From Octopus sinensis (taxonomy: Eukaryota), in NCBI RefSeq assembly GCF_006345805.1, contig NW_021833825.1:1-55048 (forward strand): a DNA stretch of 55,048 nt. The letters are read 5' to 3'. The translations under genes and the position numbers were made by a program. Positions 26,670 to 39,980 of this stretch are shown in pieces. The stretch's first letter is position 1; every line of letters begins with the position of its first letter. Below the pieces are notes generated by a model. It saw nothing but the letters and a program-made list of their open reading frames with translations. It ran no database searches and was not told where the DNA came from.

Positions 26670-27085
26670 GTAAGGTGGCGAGCTGGCAGAAACGTTAGCG
26701 CGCCGGGCTAAATGCTTGGCGGTATTTCGTCTGTCATTATGTTCTGAGTTCAAATTCCGCCGAGGTCGACTTTGTCTTTCATCCTTTCGGGGTCGATTAA
26801 ATAAGTACCAGTTACACACTGAGGTCGATATAATCGACTTAATCCGTTTGGCTGTCCTTGTTTGTCCTCTCTGTGTTTAGCCCCTTGTGGGTAGTAAAGA
26901 AATAGGTCTTTCGTCTGTCGTTACGTTCTGAGTTCAAATTCTGCCGAGGTCGACTTTGCCTTTCATCCTTGCGGGGTCGATTAAATAAGTACCAGTTACG
27001 CACTGGGGTCGATGTAATCGACTTAATCCCTTTGTCTGTCCTTGTTTGTCCCCTCTATATTTAGCCCCTTGTGGGTAGTAAAGAA
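26670..27085 (+). mobile_element. SINE family B head-to-tail dimer, second unit head-truncated
   Basis: Second unit begins at ~26905 (ggtctttcgtctg), lacking the first ~50 nt. Confidence 0.88.
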
Positions 27086-27482
27086 GTATATATATAAATA
27101 TATGTATATGTATATATATATAAATGTTATGTGTTTGTATGGCTGTTTGTGTGTGAATGTGTATGAGTGTGTGTATGTGTATGTATGTGTTTGTATATAT
27201 ATATATATGTACATGCTCAGCTATATATGAGTATTATTCGTTTTGTACATGTAGGCATTTCATTCGTGCTTTAATCATTATATTCTCGGAATTCATCAAA
27301 ACAAAATAAGGCAAAAACTGTTAAGGAACAAAAATAAAAAAACAAAAGAAAGAGAGAAAAGAAGAGAGATTTCAGGAAGATAAGAAAGAAGCCAAGTCTT
27401 ATTTTGCTATTGAATATTTTTTAGACTTGCTTTTCCTTCTTTTCCTCGACCCAGGAGATCTCGTGACGTCATAGCCATAAAG

Positions 27483-27590
27483 ATGTCGAGTCATCCAAGC
27501 CAGTTGTTAGTTAACAAGGCAATCCTTTTCTTTGTTGCCACCTTGAAAATACTGTCAGCCATTCCAGTTTATACCGACCAGAAATTTGAA
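27483..27590 (+). CDS. Probable first coding exon of a secreted host protein (signal peptide)
   Basis: Polypyrimidine tract plus cag| acceptor at 27454; ATG at 27483; MSSHPSQLLVNKAILFFVATLKILSA-IPVYTDQKFE; phase-0 donor GAA|gtaagg at 27591; non-repetitive sequence. Confidence 0.6.
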
Positions 27591-27863
27591 GTAAGGAAAA
27601 TGAAAATGAAAATATAAGTAAAGGGTTTCGTATTTTGTTCACATTTTGCAGTGATTTATTCAGTTATTTGTTTATTTATTTATTTACTTATTCAGTCATT
27701 TATTTTTTTATTTATTTGAAGTTTTTTAAGCTTTACATTTTTTATATCTTAACAGGAAAATTCAACAATATGTGTAAAAATTGTAGACATACATAATAAA
27801 TTTATTTTATTTCCATGCCTCTGTTTGCACATGCATAAGCATAAACGCATACGCTCAAACACA

Positions 27864-27922
<59 letters not shown>

Positions 27923-29374
27923 ACTACACTCACGTCCATGCATGTATACATACATGATGACTCCAATTCGATTTCCAGTAACGCTATCTCTTAAACACGT
28001 GCAGCAGAGTTATAGATTTTGAACCTACTAGGGACTTACATTATTTTGTACAGATATGGCAGTGATGGGTGCCTCTTGCAGTAGATGTTACAATTCATAT
28101 GACGTTTCAGCTCACTTCTTAATGCACATTCTTTTCAATTCACCCTACAAATAGAGATGCCGTATAACATATAATTAAGAAACTTCTCTCTGTAAGAGTC
28201 GGCCAGTGGATTCACACGGTGTTGTAGGTCCCAGCATGTTCGAAATGTTGTTGGGGATCTGACTTCTGGTCGTTGTGAAGTGATTTGCGTTCCTTAGGAG
28301 CTATGAGACGTCATAACGATGAGGACACCAAACTCGAGATGTTTATTTCAGTGAAACGATTCTAGGATGAGGTCTTACTCGGTCTTACTTCCGCCATGTA
28401 TGTATGTATGTATGTATATATGCATATGTGCAGATCTGTATGTTTTGTTTTTTGCGTGTATTTTTATGCATATAGCTGCATATCTAGACATGCTCACATT
28501 TATACATAAATGATTAACTTCTGGAAAGTTTCACAGCTCTATGTATGTATGTATGTATGTATGTATGAATGTATTTATGTATGTATGTATGTATGTATGT
28601 ATGTATTTATGTATGTATGTATTCATGTATGTATGCATGTATTCATGTATGCATGCATGTATGTATGCACGTATGTATGTGTGTGTATCTGTATGCGTCT
28701 TAATATCTGTGTTTGTAATCCTATCACCTCTCGACAGGTGGTTTACTTCCGTTTCAATAACTTAGCCGTTCAGGAAAATAGACCGATAGAATAAGAACCA
28801 GAATTAAAAATAAATGTTGTGATCGATTTGTAAAAAGATAACATAAAAAAGGAAAATTGTGTATGTGGAGAAAGTAAGTGATGCGAAAGAGATTTGGCAA
28901 TTATTTCTAGCCCGTTGATTGACCACACAGAGAAGTGGCCACGCAGGCTTAACACTAGAAACTATGTCACGGCCATATGTACTGCAAACTGTTTTGGATC
29001 ATGGAATAAACGATATTGAAGGCACAAAAGTAGGTTTCCGGTTTCCACCTGAATATTATTTTGAAAGGGAGTTGACGAAACTCTAAAAGTTAGAATGTAA
29101 TGATAAAAACACAAAAAATTAAAAAAATGGGGGATTTTTCTTTTTGTTTTTTTTTTCTTTCTGTGGGGAATTTTTTTTTTTTTTCTCCTTCGTTTAATTA
29201 TTTATCGTAACAGAAATTATTGTGAAATATATACGTTGTGTTGATGGTAGGGTTGTAAAGATGTCAACAACGAGAGGAAGAAGTTAACGTGAGAGTTAGG
29301 TATCGTTTCACCACACGCTGCATGGTTTCTTAGAAGATCGAATGAGCTGAAGCTGTATTTGGCTGTGTGTGTCT

Positions 29375-29787
29375 GTATATACATACATGTACACGCATAT
29401 ACGCACATACACACACACCACACACACACACACATACACACACACGTATACACACAAACACACACACACACACGCACATACACACATACGTAAACACACA
29501 TACGTACGTACATACACACACACACATACACACAAACATACACACGCACAAATACATACACAGATACACACACATACACACACATATACACGCACACCCA
29601 CATACACACACAGACTCACTCGCAGACATACACACAAACATACACACACGCACACACACTCACACACACATATGCAAACACAGACGCACGCACACAGACG
29701 CACACACATACACACACATATACACGCACATCCATATATACACACAGACTCACTCGCAGACACACACACACACACACACACACACAT
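29375..29787. repeat. Degenerate (CA)n-rich low-complexity tract
   Basis: Direct reading. Confidence 0.95.
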
Positions 29788-30063
29788 AGTGAGGAACTGA
29801 AAATAGATGGCTAACTTGAAAAAAAGTAAAAGATTAAAAATAAACAAATATGTATGTATATATACATACATACATGTAAATATACTTATATATATATGTA
29901 TGTATATTTACATGTGCGTGTATATGTGGGTGTATGTATGTGTGTTTTATACAATTCTTGCAACCTGTTTGATGTAAAGAATGAGAATGAGGCCACACTG
30001 TTTACTTAGTATTTCTTACAGTCAAAAAGCTTACTATAAAATAGTTTTCTATTTAGTTTATTT

Positions 30064-30451
30064 CTAGCAGTGTCGCCCGGCGTTGCTCGGGTTTATTTCG
30101 ACCCTTTAGAATTGGAATTTTTGAAAAGTAAAAATTGTGCATCATGTAGATTGTTATTCGCTTTAAGTGAACATTTTTCTGGTTGAAATACATCGAAAAA
30201 TGGCGACACAACAGTCAAAACATCGTAAAAAAGGGATTTTTATTTAAAGATAAAAGCGCCTTTTTGATGTAAATAATTTTTGGTGTTAACATGGTCCGAT
30301 TTGAATTTTTTCTTCTACGGAAGGAAGAATAAGCCTTCTTCTATCATACTCTCAATTTTGGTCACTTGCGCCGCAGGGTCTCAGAGGAGTTAGTTTTAGT
30401 TGAAGGCTACCAAACCTGCCATACACAGACAAATTAAGCTTTATATAGAGA
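30064..30451 (-). mobile_element. Non-autonomous Helitron
   Basis: Minus strand starts a|TCtctatataaag and ends with hairpin cccgagcaacgccggg about 8 nt before terminal CTAG. Confidence 0.75.
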
Positions 30452-31184
30452 TATATTTAGTTTGTGAAAATATGATACGCACAAATTTTGCTCCATCAAA
30501 CGTCTGTAGACAATTAAATAATGTATTATATTTTCTTGATAGTTGATCGTTATATAAATTCATTTTTGTTATCGAAATGCGCATAAAATGCTGAAATGAA
30601 ATATTTTATAAACGCTCTCCTCAAATTTCTTTTCTTTTTTTATATATGTACGCTGTGACATTGCCGACTGCGGCATCAGAGGAAAATTCAACGTGAACAA
30701 TAAAAAAGTGCTCATCAAAGTTCCCCGTCAGATATATAAGAATATATAAAGTTCTAAAAACTGTTTTATGCAGGGTAACTTAAATTTGAAATGGCACTCT
30801 GCGGGGGGGGGGGGAAGAAGCGTGGTTTAGTGGATAGGGTGTTGTACTCATGATCACGAGTTCGTAGCTTCGATTTACGGGTTGGACGGCGCGTTGTATT
30901 ATTGCACAAACACTTCATTTCTCGTTGCCTAGTGATCATTTCGATATCTGACGTGTGGTATATCGTGCTCCCCTGCAGCAATACCGATTCCGTGGGAGGG
31001 GTGAGCTAATGTACAGCTTCCACACTACTTCCGGCTATCAAATTCATTCACAGAGCATTGATCGAAACAGGGGCAACTGAAAAAGGGGAATATTCCTTAT
31101 TTTGTATGTCTTGTACTCTGTGTTTCCGTTGTTTGAAAAAAGTTCGTTTCCATGTTTTTGCTTTTATGTTTTCGTTTCTCATTT

Positions 31185-31610
31185 TGTAAGGTATACTAGC
31201 CATCTCAATATGGCTAACCACTAAGGATGGGTGTTACTTTAGCTTGTAGCCCCAGGAGAACATCTCCTCCAGCTGGCTATAGGCACATTTTCTGTGCCCT
31301 AAGGTATTTGCAAAGGGAGGTCACCCTTCCCATGTCAACCTAAGTGATACGCACGGACTGCAGTTTCTAGGTATTTGCACCTAGAAACTGCAGTCCGTGC
31401 GTATCACTTAGGTTGACGAGGGAGGGATGACCTCCCTTTGCAAATACCATAAGGGCACAGAAAGTGTGCCTAAAGCCAGCTGGAAACGATGTTCTCCTGG
31501 GGCTACAAGCTACAGTAACACCCATCCTTAGAGGTTAGCCATATTGAGATGGCAAGTATACCTTACATTGTCGTGCAGTTACTGTTTACATCTCGTTCAG
31601 AGATTTATTA
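31185..31610. mobile_element. Fold-back element: ~190-bp arms, 6-nt loop, 13-bp flanking direct repeat
   Basis: tgtaaggtatac (31185)...ctaggt-atttgc-acctag...gtataccttaca (31567); tttctcattttgt at 31175-31187 and 31611-31623. Confidence 0.85.
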
Positions 31611-32217
31611 TTTCTCATTTTGTTGTACGTTTTTTTTTATTGTCCTGTACCCATATATGCATGTATATATACATATAGATGTAGATGTAGGTATGTACAT
31701 ATATGTATATATATATGTATATGTTTTATTTATTATTTTGTTACTATAGTAGAAGACACTTGGACAAGGTACTGCACAGTGGGACTGAACATAAAACCAT
31801 GTGATTTGAAAGCGAGCTTCGTAACTCCACACCTATGACTGTGCTAGTATCAACTATTAATCTTCACTGAAAATCACTGTGACTCAGCGTGAGAGGGATG
31901 CACTTTTGAATTACGAGAAAAGTACTTCCTGTGGGACTCCTCGCAGCTTCCATTCAGTCATTTTCATTCACATGACTTGGATAGCTCCGAGTCAATTCTA
32001 AAAGCCACATACCCAAAGTACCACGTGAAGGGATCGAGCCAAGAAACTTCTGATTCGCTACCTGCAGGAAAACAAGGAGAGCTATATATTTAATTGCTTA
32101 ACTGGATTCATTTATGAATCTGGAGTCATTGAAATCATTAAACAGACAGAATAAATTTGCCACTACCGATTAACAATTCGTGCTGTAATTATCAGTATCA
32201 ACAATGATTTTCTTTAG

Positions 32218-32352
32218 CTCCAACATAGCTTCGAACAACTCGATTTATTCAAACCTTCATTTCCTATCGAACAGAAGCCATCGAAGTTTTTTCTCCACTT
32301 TTCCAGACTCTGGCGGTGTTTTTGTTCTTTACAGCTTTCTTTCGGATTTTAG
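32218..32352 (+). CDS. Candidate phase-0 downstream exon of the 27483 gene
   Basis: ttttctttag| acceptor; frame LQHSFEQLDLFKPSFPIEQKPSKFFLHFSRLWRCFCSLQLSFGF*; joining to the upstream exon is inferred only. Confidence 0.3.
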   Translation, partial: LQHSFEQLDLFKPSFPIEQKPSKFFLHFSRLWRCFCSLQLSFGF

Positions 32353-33404
32353 TGCACCATGTCATGTTTCGCTGAAGGACGGCCATCACAGGTCTTGTAG
32401 GTTCGAATCGACATCGATGCGTCTGTAACTTGTTCTTTTTCCTCTTTTTTCTTGTTACGATGACGGCTCGTAAATTCAAATTTTCCCCTAGGATGTAGTT
32501 TAACCTCTATATTTTGACCTGTCCGGCATAGGAGCCTCTACTACAAGCTGGCATAGTAATTGAGACACATAAGTCTCCACATCGCAACAAGGACTGAACT
32601 GTGTGGCAGCAGCTCTGATCAAGCAGACGTAAAAGGAGTTCCAGCTATGACCATTCATCATATTTTCAGATAATGTAAAATTCAAATGTTGCCTTTTCCA
32701 CATTATCGTTTCTTGACTTTCTTCTCTCCTTCCAGTTGCATTTTGGAATGCATTATATAAATACTAAAATACTGTACATGCACCTTTGATGAATTATAGT
32801 GCACCTAAGCAGTATACACAATGATTTCATCATTATTCTAAAATGACCTCAGCATTTAACTAGTGCTTTTAAATCGAAAGGGAATGGATGAAAGTCAAAC
32901 GTTACCTCGACGGGATAATATTGCGGTGTAGTTGAAAGGCAATATGCCTGCTATTTCTTGCAGGTCAAATGACCACATAAAGTCTTCGTCGTTGATTTAA
33001 CTTACCATCACCAACACCGCTAACATCGCCAATACTACCAATACCACCATCATCACTTTCACCACAATCCCGCTCAATAAGCAGTGATATGAGGACGGAA
33101 GAGTTTGTCCAGACGCGTTTTATCCTACTTCCCGTAGATATGGTTTGTAGAAGGATACAGTTTCGGTGGTCTGCAAGAGAGAGACTGAGGTATGGAAGAT
33201 AGTAGTAGTAGTAGTTAGTAGTAGTAGTAGTAGTAGTTGTAGTAGTAGTTGTAAAAGTGACATTCATGAAACGACATGTCATTGAATCCTTGACTCAGAT
33301 TCTAGGTACTCGACTCTGAATGTGACAGGAATGAAGAGATCCTCAAAGGTCCCAAAAAGTTGCTTTTCCTATCTCAGAGAGGGAACTATATGGTGTGTTT
33401 GTAT

Positions 33405-33442
<38 letters not shown>

Positions 33443-33523
33443 GAGAGAGACACAGACAGACAGAAAGAGTCAAGCAGAAAGATTTGTGATTGTCTTAAAG
33501 TTTTCATGTACGTATATGTAAAT

Positions 33524-33559
<36 letters not shown>

Positions 33560-33773
33560 GTGTGTGTGTGTGTGTATGTATGTATATATATATATACCAC
33601 CTGTCTTCGTCTTTTGTTTTTTTCGTAAACTTTCCCTATATATACATATATATATATATACACACATATATATGTATGTATGTTCTTATATACACAAACA
33701 CTCGGACGCACGCACGCACGCACACATATACACATACAATTATTCACATGTACATATTTACAATTATACACAT

Positions 33774-33820
<47 letters not shown>

Positions 33821-33881
33821 CATGCATACACACATGTGTGTATATGTGTGCGTGTGTGTATTTATATATATATATTTATTT

Positions 33882-33921
<40 letters not shown>

Positions 33922-34629
33922 GTATGTATAAGAATGTATATATATACAGATTTACAAGTGTGTGCATATGGCTGTATATGAAGTTTATAATAGTGTAATA
34001 TATCAATATGACAGTAAGTTTTCAATAAGTGCAATGAAACAAGCGAAGAGGGATATGGTACCATTGTTGAAGCTGAACTTGTTACCCACACACGCGCGCA
34101 CACATACACACATACACACACGCATACATGCGCGCGTGAGCACACTCACAAACAAACAAGTACACACGTACATACGCGCACACATACATCGACACAGTAG
34201 TAGTAGATACGCACCCACGCACACATACGCACGCTCACATGTATACACAGAGAGAAAGAGTGTGGCATAAAAGAGTGGAATTATTTGTTATAAAACAAGG
34301 TCGCTTAGTGTGAACTCCTTCGCATTTTCATCGCTAAAATAGCGTAGGATGGTGTTTTTTGATGAGATACGTGGTACAGCAGTAGAATTATTATTAGATA
34401 CAAGAGTGGGGAAGGAGCCATTATAGAACAAGCACTAAGAATTTTTTTCTGTTTTTTTTCTGTTTTTCTTTCGAAGAGCAAATCTGTTTACGTTCAAGGA
34501 ATCGATTTCGAATTTCGGTCAAAATGTCTTTAAATTCATTTCGGCTTCAAACTTTGGCACGAGGTTTTGGGAGAGGGGGGTTAAGTCGATTACATTGGTC
34601 CCAGTGTTCAACTGGTACTCATTTCATCG

Positions 34630-35213
34630 TGTGGAGGCACATGGCCTAGTGGTTAGAGCAGCGGGCTTGCGGTCGAGGGATCGCGGTTTCGAATCTCAGA
34701 CCGGGCGATGTGCATGTTTATGAGCGAAACACCTAAGCTCCACGCAGCTCCGGCAGAAGGTAATGACGAAACTTCTGCTGACTCTTTCGGCACAACTTTC
34801 CTTCACTCTTTCCTCCTGCATCTTACACCTCACCTGCGACGGACCGGCGTCCCGTCCAGGTGGGGAACCTATACGCCAAGGAAACCGGGAAACCGGCCCT
34901 TATGAGCCAGGCATGGCTCGAGAAGGAACAAACAACAGTGGACATGCGGTTGAGGGATCGCGGGTTCGAATCTCAGACCGGGCGATGTGCGTGTTTATGA
35001 GCGAAACACCTAAGCTCCACGCGGCTCCGGCAGAAGGTAATGACGAAACTTCTGCTGACTCTTTCGGCACAACTTTCCTTCACTCTTTCCTCCTGCATCT
35101 TACAGTTCACCTGCGACGGACTGGCGTCCCGTCCACGTGGGAAACCTATACGCCAAGGAAACCGGGAAACTGGCTCTTATGAGCCAGACATGGCTCGAGA
35201 AGGAACAAACAAA
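34630..35213 (+). mobile_element. SINE family C tandem dimer nested in a reverse SINE B
   Basis: tRNA-like head tggcctagtggttagagc...ggtttcgaatctc; single 13-bp TSD actcatttcatcg at 34617-34629 and 35214-35226 around both units. Confidence 0.9.
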
Positions 35214-35500
35214 ACTCATTTCATCGACCCCGAGAAGATGGAAGCAAAGTCAACCTAGATGGAATTTGAACTCAGAACGTAAAGACGGATGAAATGCTGC
35301 TAAGCATTTTGTCCGGCGCGCTAACGATTCTACCAGCTCACCGCCTTCATAATCTCTTTAATTACGTTTCTTTTTTTCCGATAAAGAATTGACGGAAACT
35401 ATACAAAATGTAATACAAAAGAGAAAACAAATTAACTGTAGAAGAATAAGCTGCAGCTCAGATATGTGAACAGCGATTATTCCATCTCCCATTTCTCCAA

Positions 35501-35542
35501 TGTATCCTGAAGAAGGATCATAACCCCGAAATATCGAAATAC
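35501..35542 (+). ncRNA. Minimal hammerhead-like motif
   Basis: tgtatc CTGAAGA agg-atcataa-cccc GAAAT ATC gaaataca; weak helices. Confidence 0.35.
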
Positions 35543-35641
35543 AAGGTACAACTTCGACTGATGTTCCATTTCATCTTTTGTAGCTCACCATGTATTTCAT
35601 TTCGCATTGTGTCAATCTGTGCGTATGTGGGTGTACCTGTA

Positions 35642-35672
<31 letters not shown>

Positions 35673-36493
35673 TTATGTGGGTGTGTGTGTGTGTGCATGC
35701 GTGCGCGTAACTGTGTGTGTGTGAGTGTTTATGTGCTTGTGTACGTGTGAGATCGCACGGTTGCACTAGTGAGATCACAGTTTCAATTCCTGGAGTAGTT
35801 GCACCGGCCGCAACTGCAACTACTAGTGACTCACGAGATCCTCGTTTCAACTCCAGGAATTGAAACGACGATTGTGTTCTTGAAACGACGTTGTGCTCTT
35901 GAGCAGAACAATTTATCTCACGTTGCTCTGCAATAATTTCGACATTTGTCGTGTGATAAACCACGCACCGTATGGGAAATATCTTGAATAAAGCTGCATA
36001 TGACTCTAAACCTTTGGATACGTACTTTTACTACGATTGATTTAATATAAATCGACTAAATACACAACGGAACCTGATACGTTTATTCAGCAGAAACACG
36101 TGTCGGAATGTAATACGGAGAAAATGTCTTTTAACAGATAAAGATGCATAACTCTCCATTCTGCATTATTATGTCACGATAATACACTCTGCATTCTACA
36201 AGAAAACATTTGAATCGAACCCAGATTTAAAAATCGAAGGGAGGACAATTTGATTGTTTATTTTAAGCAATTTTAAAGATTTCCTATCATTTTTGGTGTA
36301 CAACAAATAAGTATGCACATAGACAATAAAGCAAATACATATCATTCAATGTGGTTCACCAAGTCTTGATCTTATAAGAGTGTTTGTTAGGTTTCTATCC
36401 GGATTTAAAAATCCATATTCCTTTGCGTTGTATTGATTGATTGATTGATTCTAGTTTCAGCTTATGAGCTGTGGCCATGCTGGGGCACATATA

Positions 36494-36725
36494 TATAAGT
36501 AAATAAATGGAGTTGAACGAAGATGTTATTAAAATTCTTTTACTTTCGACATCGTAACTGTTATAATGTGTTGTTGTTGAGATATGCTCTCTTTCTTTCC
36601 TGGTGAGAAGATTGCATTTTACACGGTTTATTCCTTTGGAATAATACCATGTTGTCTTCGAAACATATGTCGAAAGTAAAAGAATTTTAATAACATCTTC
36701 GTTCAACTTCATTTATTTACTTATA
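36494..36725. mobile_element. Fold-back remnant (~58-bp arms) carrying a hammerhead
   Basis: tataagtaaataaatg...ctttcgacat is inverted as atgtcgaaag...catttatttacttata. Confidence 0.8.
36595..36676 (+). ncRNA. Type I hammerhead ribozyme, A6G core variant
   Basis: ctttc CTGGTGA gaagat...gtcttc GAAAC atat GTC gaaag; helix I 5 bp, helix II 6 bp, palindromic helix III ACATATGT. Confidence 0.68.
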
Positions 36726-36865
36726 ACACACAAATTACTGCACATTAACCCGGAGTTTCTACCTTTGAATAGGTCGCTTCATCCGTGTTACTTGCGTGAA
36801 TTTTGCTACCCTGGTAACTGTTTATTGAATTTTCCATGTAACGGTAAACAAAGGATAATTATTCA

Positions 36866-36960
<95 letters not shown>

Positions 36961-37031
36961 ATGTACATATACATATGTATATATATGTATATAAATATGT
37001 ATATAAATGTATGCATGTATATATGTATATG

Positions 37032-37060
<29 letters not shown>

Positions 37061-37062
<2 letters not shown>

Positions 37063-37220
37063 GGATGGATTAAAGCAGTTTGATTCAAATTCGTTGGTAT
37101 GCTTGAGTTTCAAGCGTGATGCTAGTTGTCACCCATTTTGAATTCAAAATGGCTGACGACTAGTATCGCGCTTGAAACTCAAGAGTACCGACGAATTTGA
37201 ATCAAACTATTATGATCCGT
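37061..37220. mobile_element. ~150-bp loop-less palindrome (MITE or fold-back) with hammerhead-like core in the right arm
   Basis: Centre ttttgaattcaaaa (~37143); right arm gg CTGACGA...GAAAC tc-aa-ga GTA cc. Confidence 0.7.
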
Positions 37221-37499
37221 ATATATGTAACTCCCATATATATATATATATATGATTACACAGGTATACATATATAAGTATATGTGTATGTATATGTTAA
37301 GGTGTCTAAGTAAGAATGAATTGACACACAAACGCACACACGTATTACATAAGGTAACGGATACAGACTCGTTATTATCTACTCATATTTACAGAGATCT
37401 AACAGAAAGCTACGGATATTCACGTGTATTGATGCGTGTACTTCAAAAGGAATGGAGAGGAATGCTATGATGTAGATAAGGAAGAGAGAGGAAACAAAG

Positions 37500-37501
37500 A
37501 T

Positions 37502-37595
<94 letters not shown>

Positions 37596-37620
37596 CATAT
37601 AGACAGACAGACAGACAGAC

Positions 37621-37700
<80 letters not shown>
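37500..37700. repeat. (GATA)n/(GACA)n microsatellite
   Basis: Direct reading. Confidence 0.97.
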
Positions 37701-38577
37701 TCACATTATTGCCTGCCATACACTGCTCATGTAGTTGACTGAATTTCTGTGTTGATACATCTTTTCGTGTCTAAGTACACAGTACAACAAAAATGGAGTG
37801 AAACACTTGAGAGCGATAACTCGGTTCATGCTTGTTGATCCTTAGCTTCGTCCATTGAAGATGACAAGAAAGGTGAAATGTGGATTATATTAGGTTTATG
37901 GTCAGGAGCAGCGGAGAGGGGTTAACTAACAGGAAGAGATGTCTTTAAGTACTAACGGCCATTGAAGTGCTGTTGAACATCAGTAAATTGTACAGAATGT
38001 AAAGGACGCGTTTAGAAGGAGAATTACGTCACTTCGCGTCATATGGTACAAGATCACAACGACGTAAGTATTATGGTGAAATTGTGCAGTTTGGAATGAT
38101 ATGTAGACACATTCACAACGATATACAGACATACACACGAATAAACACATGTATATCCATATATACGGGCGTGTGTGTATGTGTGTATGGTATATATATA
38201 TAGGTATATATATATATATATATGGTATATATATGGTGATATATATGGTTTATATAGTATATATATATATATGGTATATATATATATGTGTGTATGTGTG
38301 GTATATATATACGGTATATATATAGGTATATATATATATATATATATTTGAACACATACATGTATATATATATATGTACACAGACACACACACACATACA
38401 CACACACATATATATAATACAAACATATATATATATATATATATACTATATATATATACATATATATATATATAATATATCGAAAGATAGATAGATAGTA
38501 TACATACACATACATGTGTGTGTATATAAATATATTTATATGTAGATACATATGTGTGTGTACACATATATATATTA

Positions 38578-38622
<45 letters not shown>

Positions 38623-39352
38623 ATATGCGTGCATAATTATACATTGATTGACAGATGTATACGTATATACGTATATATGGGTATACATTGTGTCTATGTG
38701 TGTGTGTGTCTATGTGTGTGTGTGTGTGTGCGCGTGTGTGTGTTTGTGTGTGTACATTTTTCTCTCTAATGCATGTGTATAGTGAATAAAGAGATGCATG
38801 AACGCATGTATAGCAGTAAAGGACCGTTACCAAGACGGAAGTGGAACAAACAGACACAGAGAAGATCAAAGGAAAGAGCAACAACAACAACAACATAATT
38901 AAGTAGGTTCCATGCCCCAATTTAGAAATCGGTGATTAGAATCGATGTAATACGAATCAATCTACCAATATAGGATACGAACTAGGAACACTGAATATTG
39001 AAATATATACTAAATCATTCTTTGTAATATAACACTTAATCCAGTTGTGGTACATATATTTTACTCACTTTATTGGAAATGAATAGTCATCAGGAGTTGA
39101 GTATGAGAATAACATTCTTTTACCAGAAAGCAAAACCATTTCTGATTATGCGACAAGGTCCAAATTCTTTTATATAATCAAGGCGGTGAGTTGACAGAAT
39201 TATCGCACGTCGAAGAAAAGACTTCGTATCATTCCTTTCGGTTCTTCACGTTTTCAGTTCAAATGACGCCAAGGTCGATATTGTCTACTGTCCTTTCCGT
39301 TCGAGAAAAAAGTATGTATATATAATATATATATATATATATATTATTTATA

Positions 39353-39416
<64 letters not shown>

Positions 39417-39521
39417 TAATGTAAGATAAAATTTTTTTCTTTTTAACTTTTATATCAATGGCCAAATATTAAAAAATACCTTTAACGGTTAATTTATAAA
39501 CTTATTTATATTTTATTTATA

Positions 39522-39590
<69 letters not shown>

Positions 39591-39831
39591 GTTAAATTTA
39601 GGGTAAAAATTGATATTTATCAATTAGAACCGGTGGTCTAGCATATTAAAGACGAATCCGAAGATTAAAATATTTATATATACCAATTAGGACTGAACAC
39701 GAAAAAGTGGAGAGTCAACATGCTAGATATAGACGTCAAATCGCCATCTCCACAAAAGTCTATGTTCTCAGATCAAAACTCAAACAAAACCAAAACAATA
39801 CAAGTGAAAAATATACGAAATAAATATTTAC

Positions 39832-39896
39832 CCATGTACTAAATTCAGTTTCGGCTGTTATTTTTCACAAGGAAAGTGCAGCCATCATTAGCATGG
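39832..39896 (-). ncRNA. Type I hammerhead ribozyme, G5A core (predicted inactive)
   Basis: Minus strand: ccatg CTAATGA tggctg...cagcc GAAAC tgaattta GTA catgg. Confidence 0.72.
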
Positions 39897-39914
39897 TCCC
39901 ATGGGACCATGGGA

Positions 39915-39980
39915 CCATGCTGATGATGGCTGCACTTTTCCTTGCGGAAAATAACAGCCGAAACTGAATTTAGTACATGG
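39915..39980 (+). ncRNA. Type I hammerhead ribozyme with intact core
   Basis: ccatg CTGATGA t-ggctg...cagcc GAAAC tgaattta GTA catgg; helix I 5 bp, helix II 5 bp, quasi-palindromic helix III; predicted cut after 39975. Confidence 0.85.

Noticed and set aside
31410-31450. Hammerhead in the 31.2-kb palindrome (TTGACGA gggagg...cctccc)
   Set aside because: No GAAA after the stem and no helix I or III
33060-33195. Possible exon (cccgtag|...gag|gtatgg)
   Set aside because: The phase-0 frame stops before the donor; other frames unrecognised; insufficient support
34630-34705. tRNA genes (also at 2418, 17370, 44680)
   Set aside because: tRNA-like heads continue into SINE bodies with tails and TSDs; no complete acceptor stem
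37990-38070. Possible exon ending at gtaagt (38064)
   Set aside because: Weak acceptor and no recognisable protein; cannot be supported without transcripts
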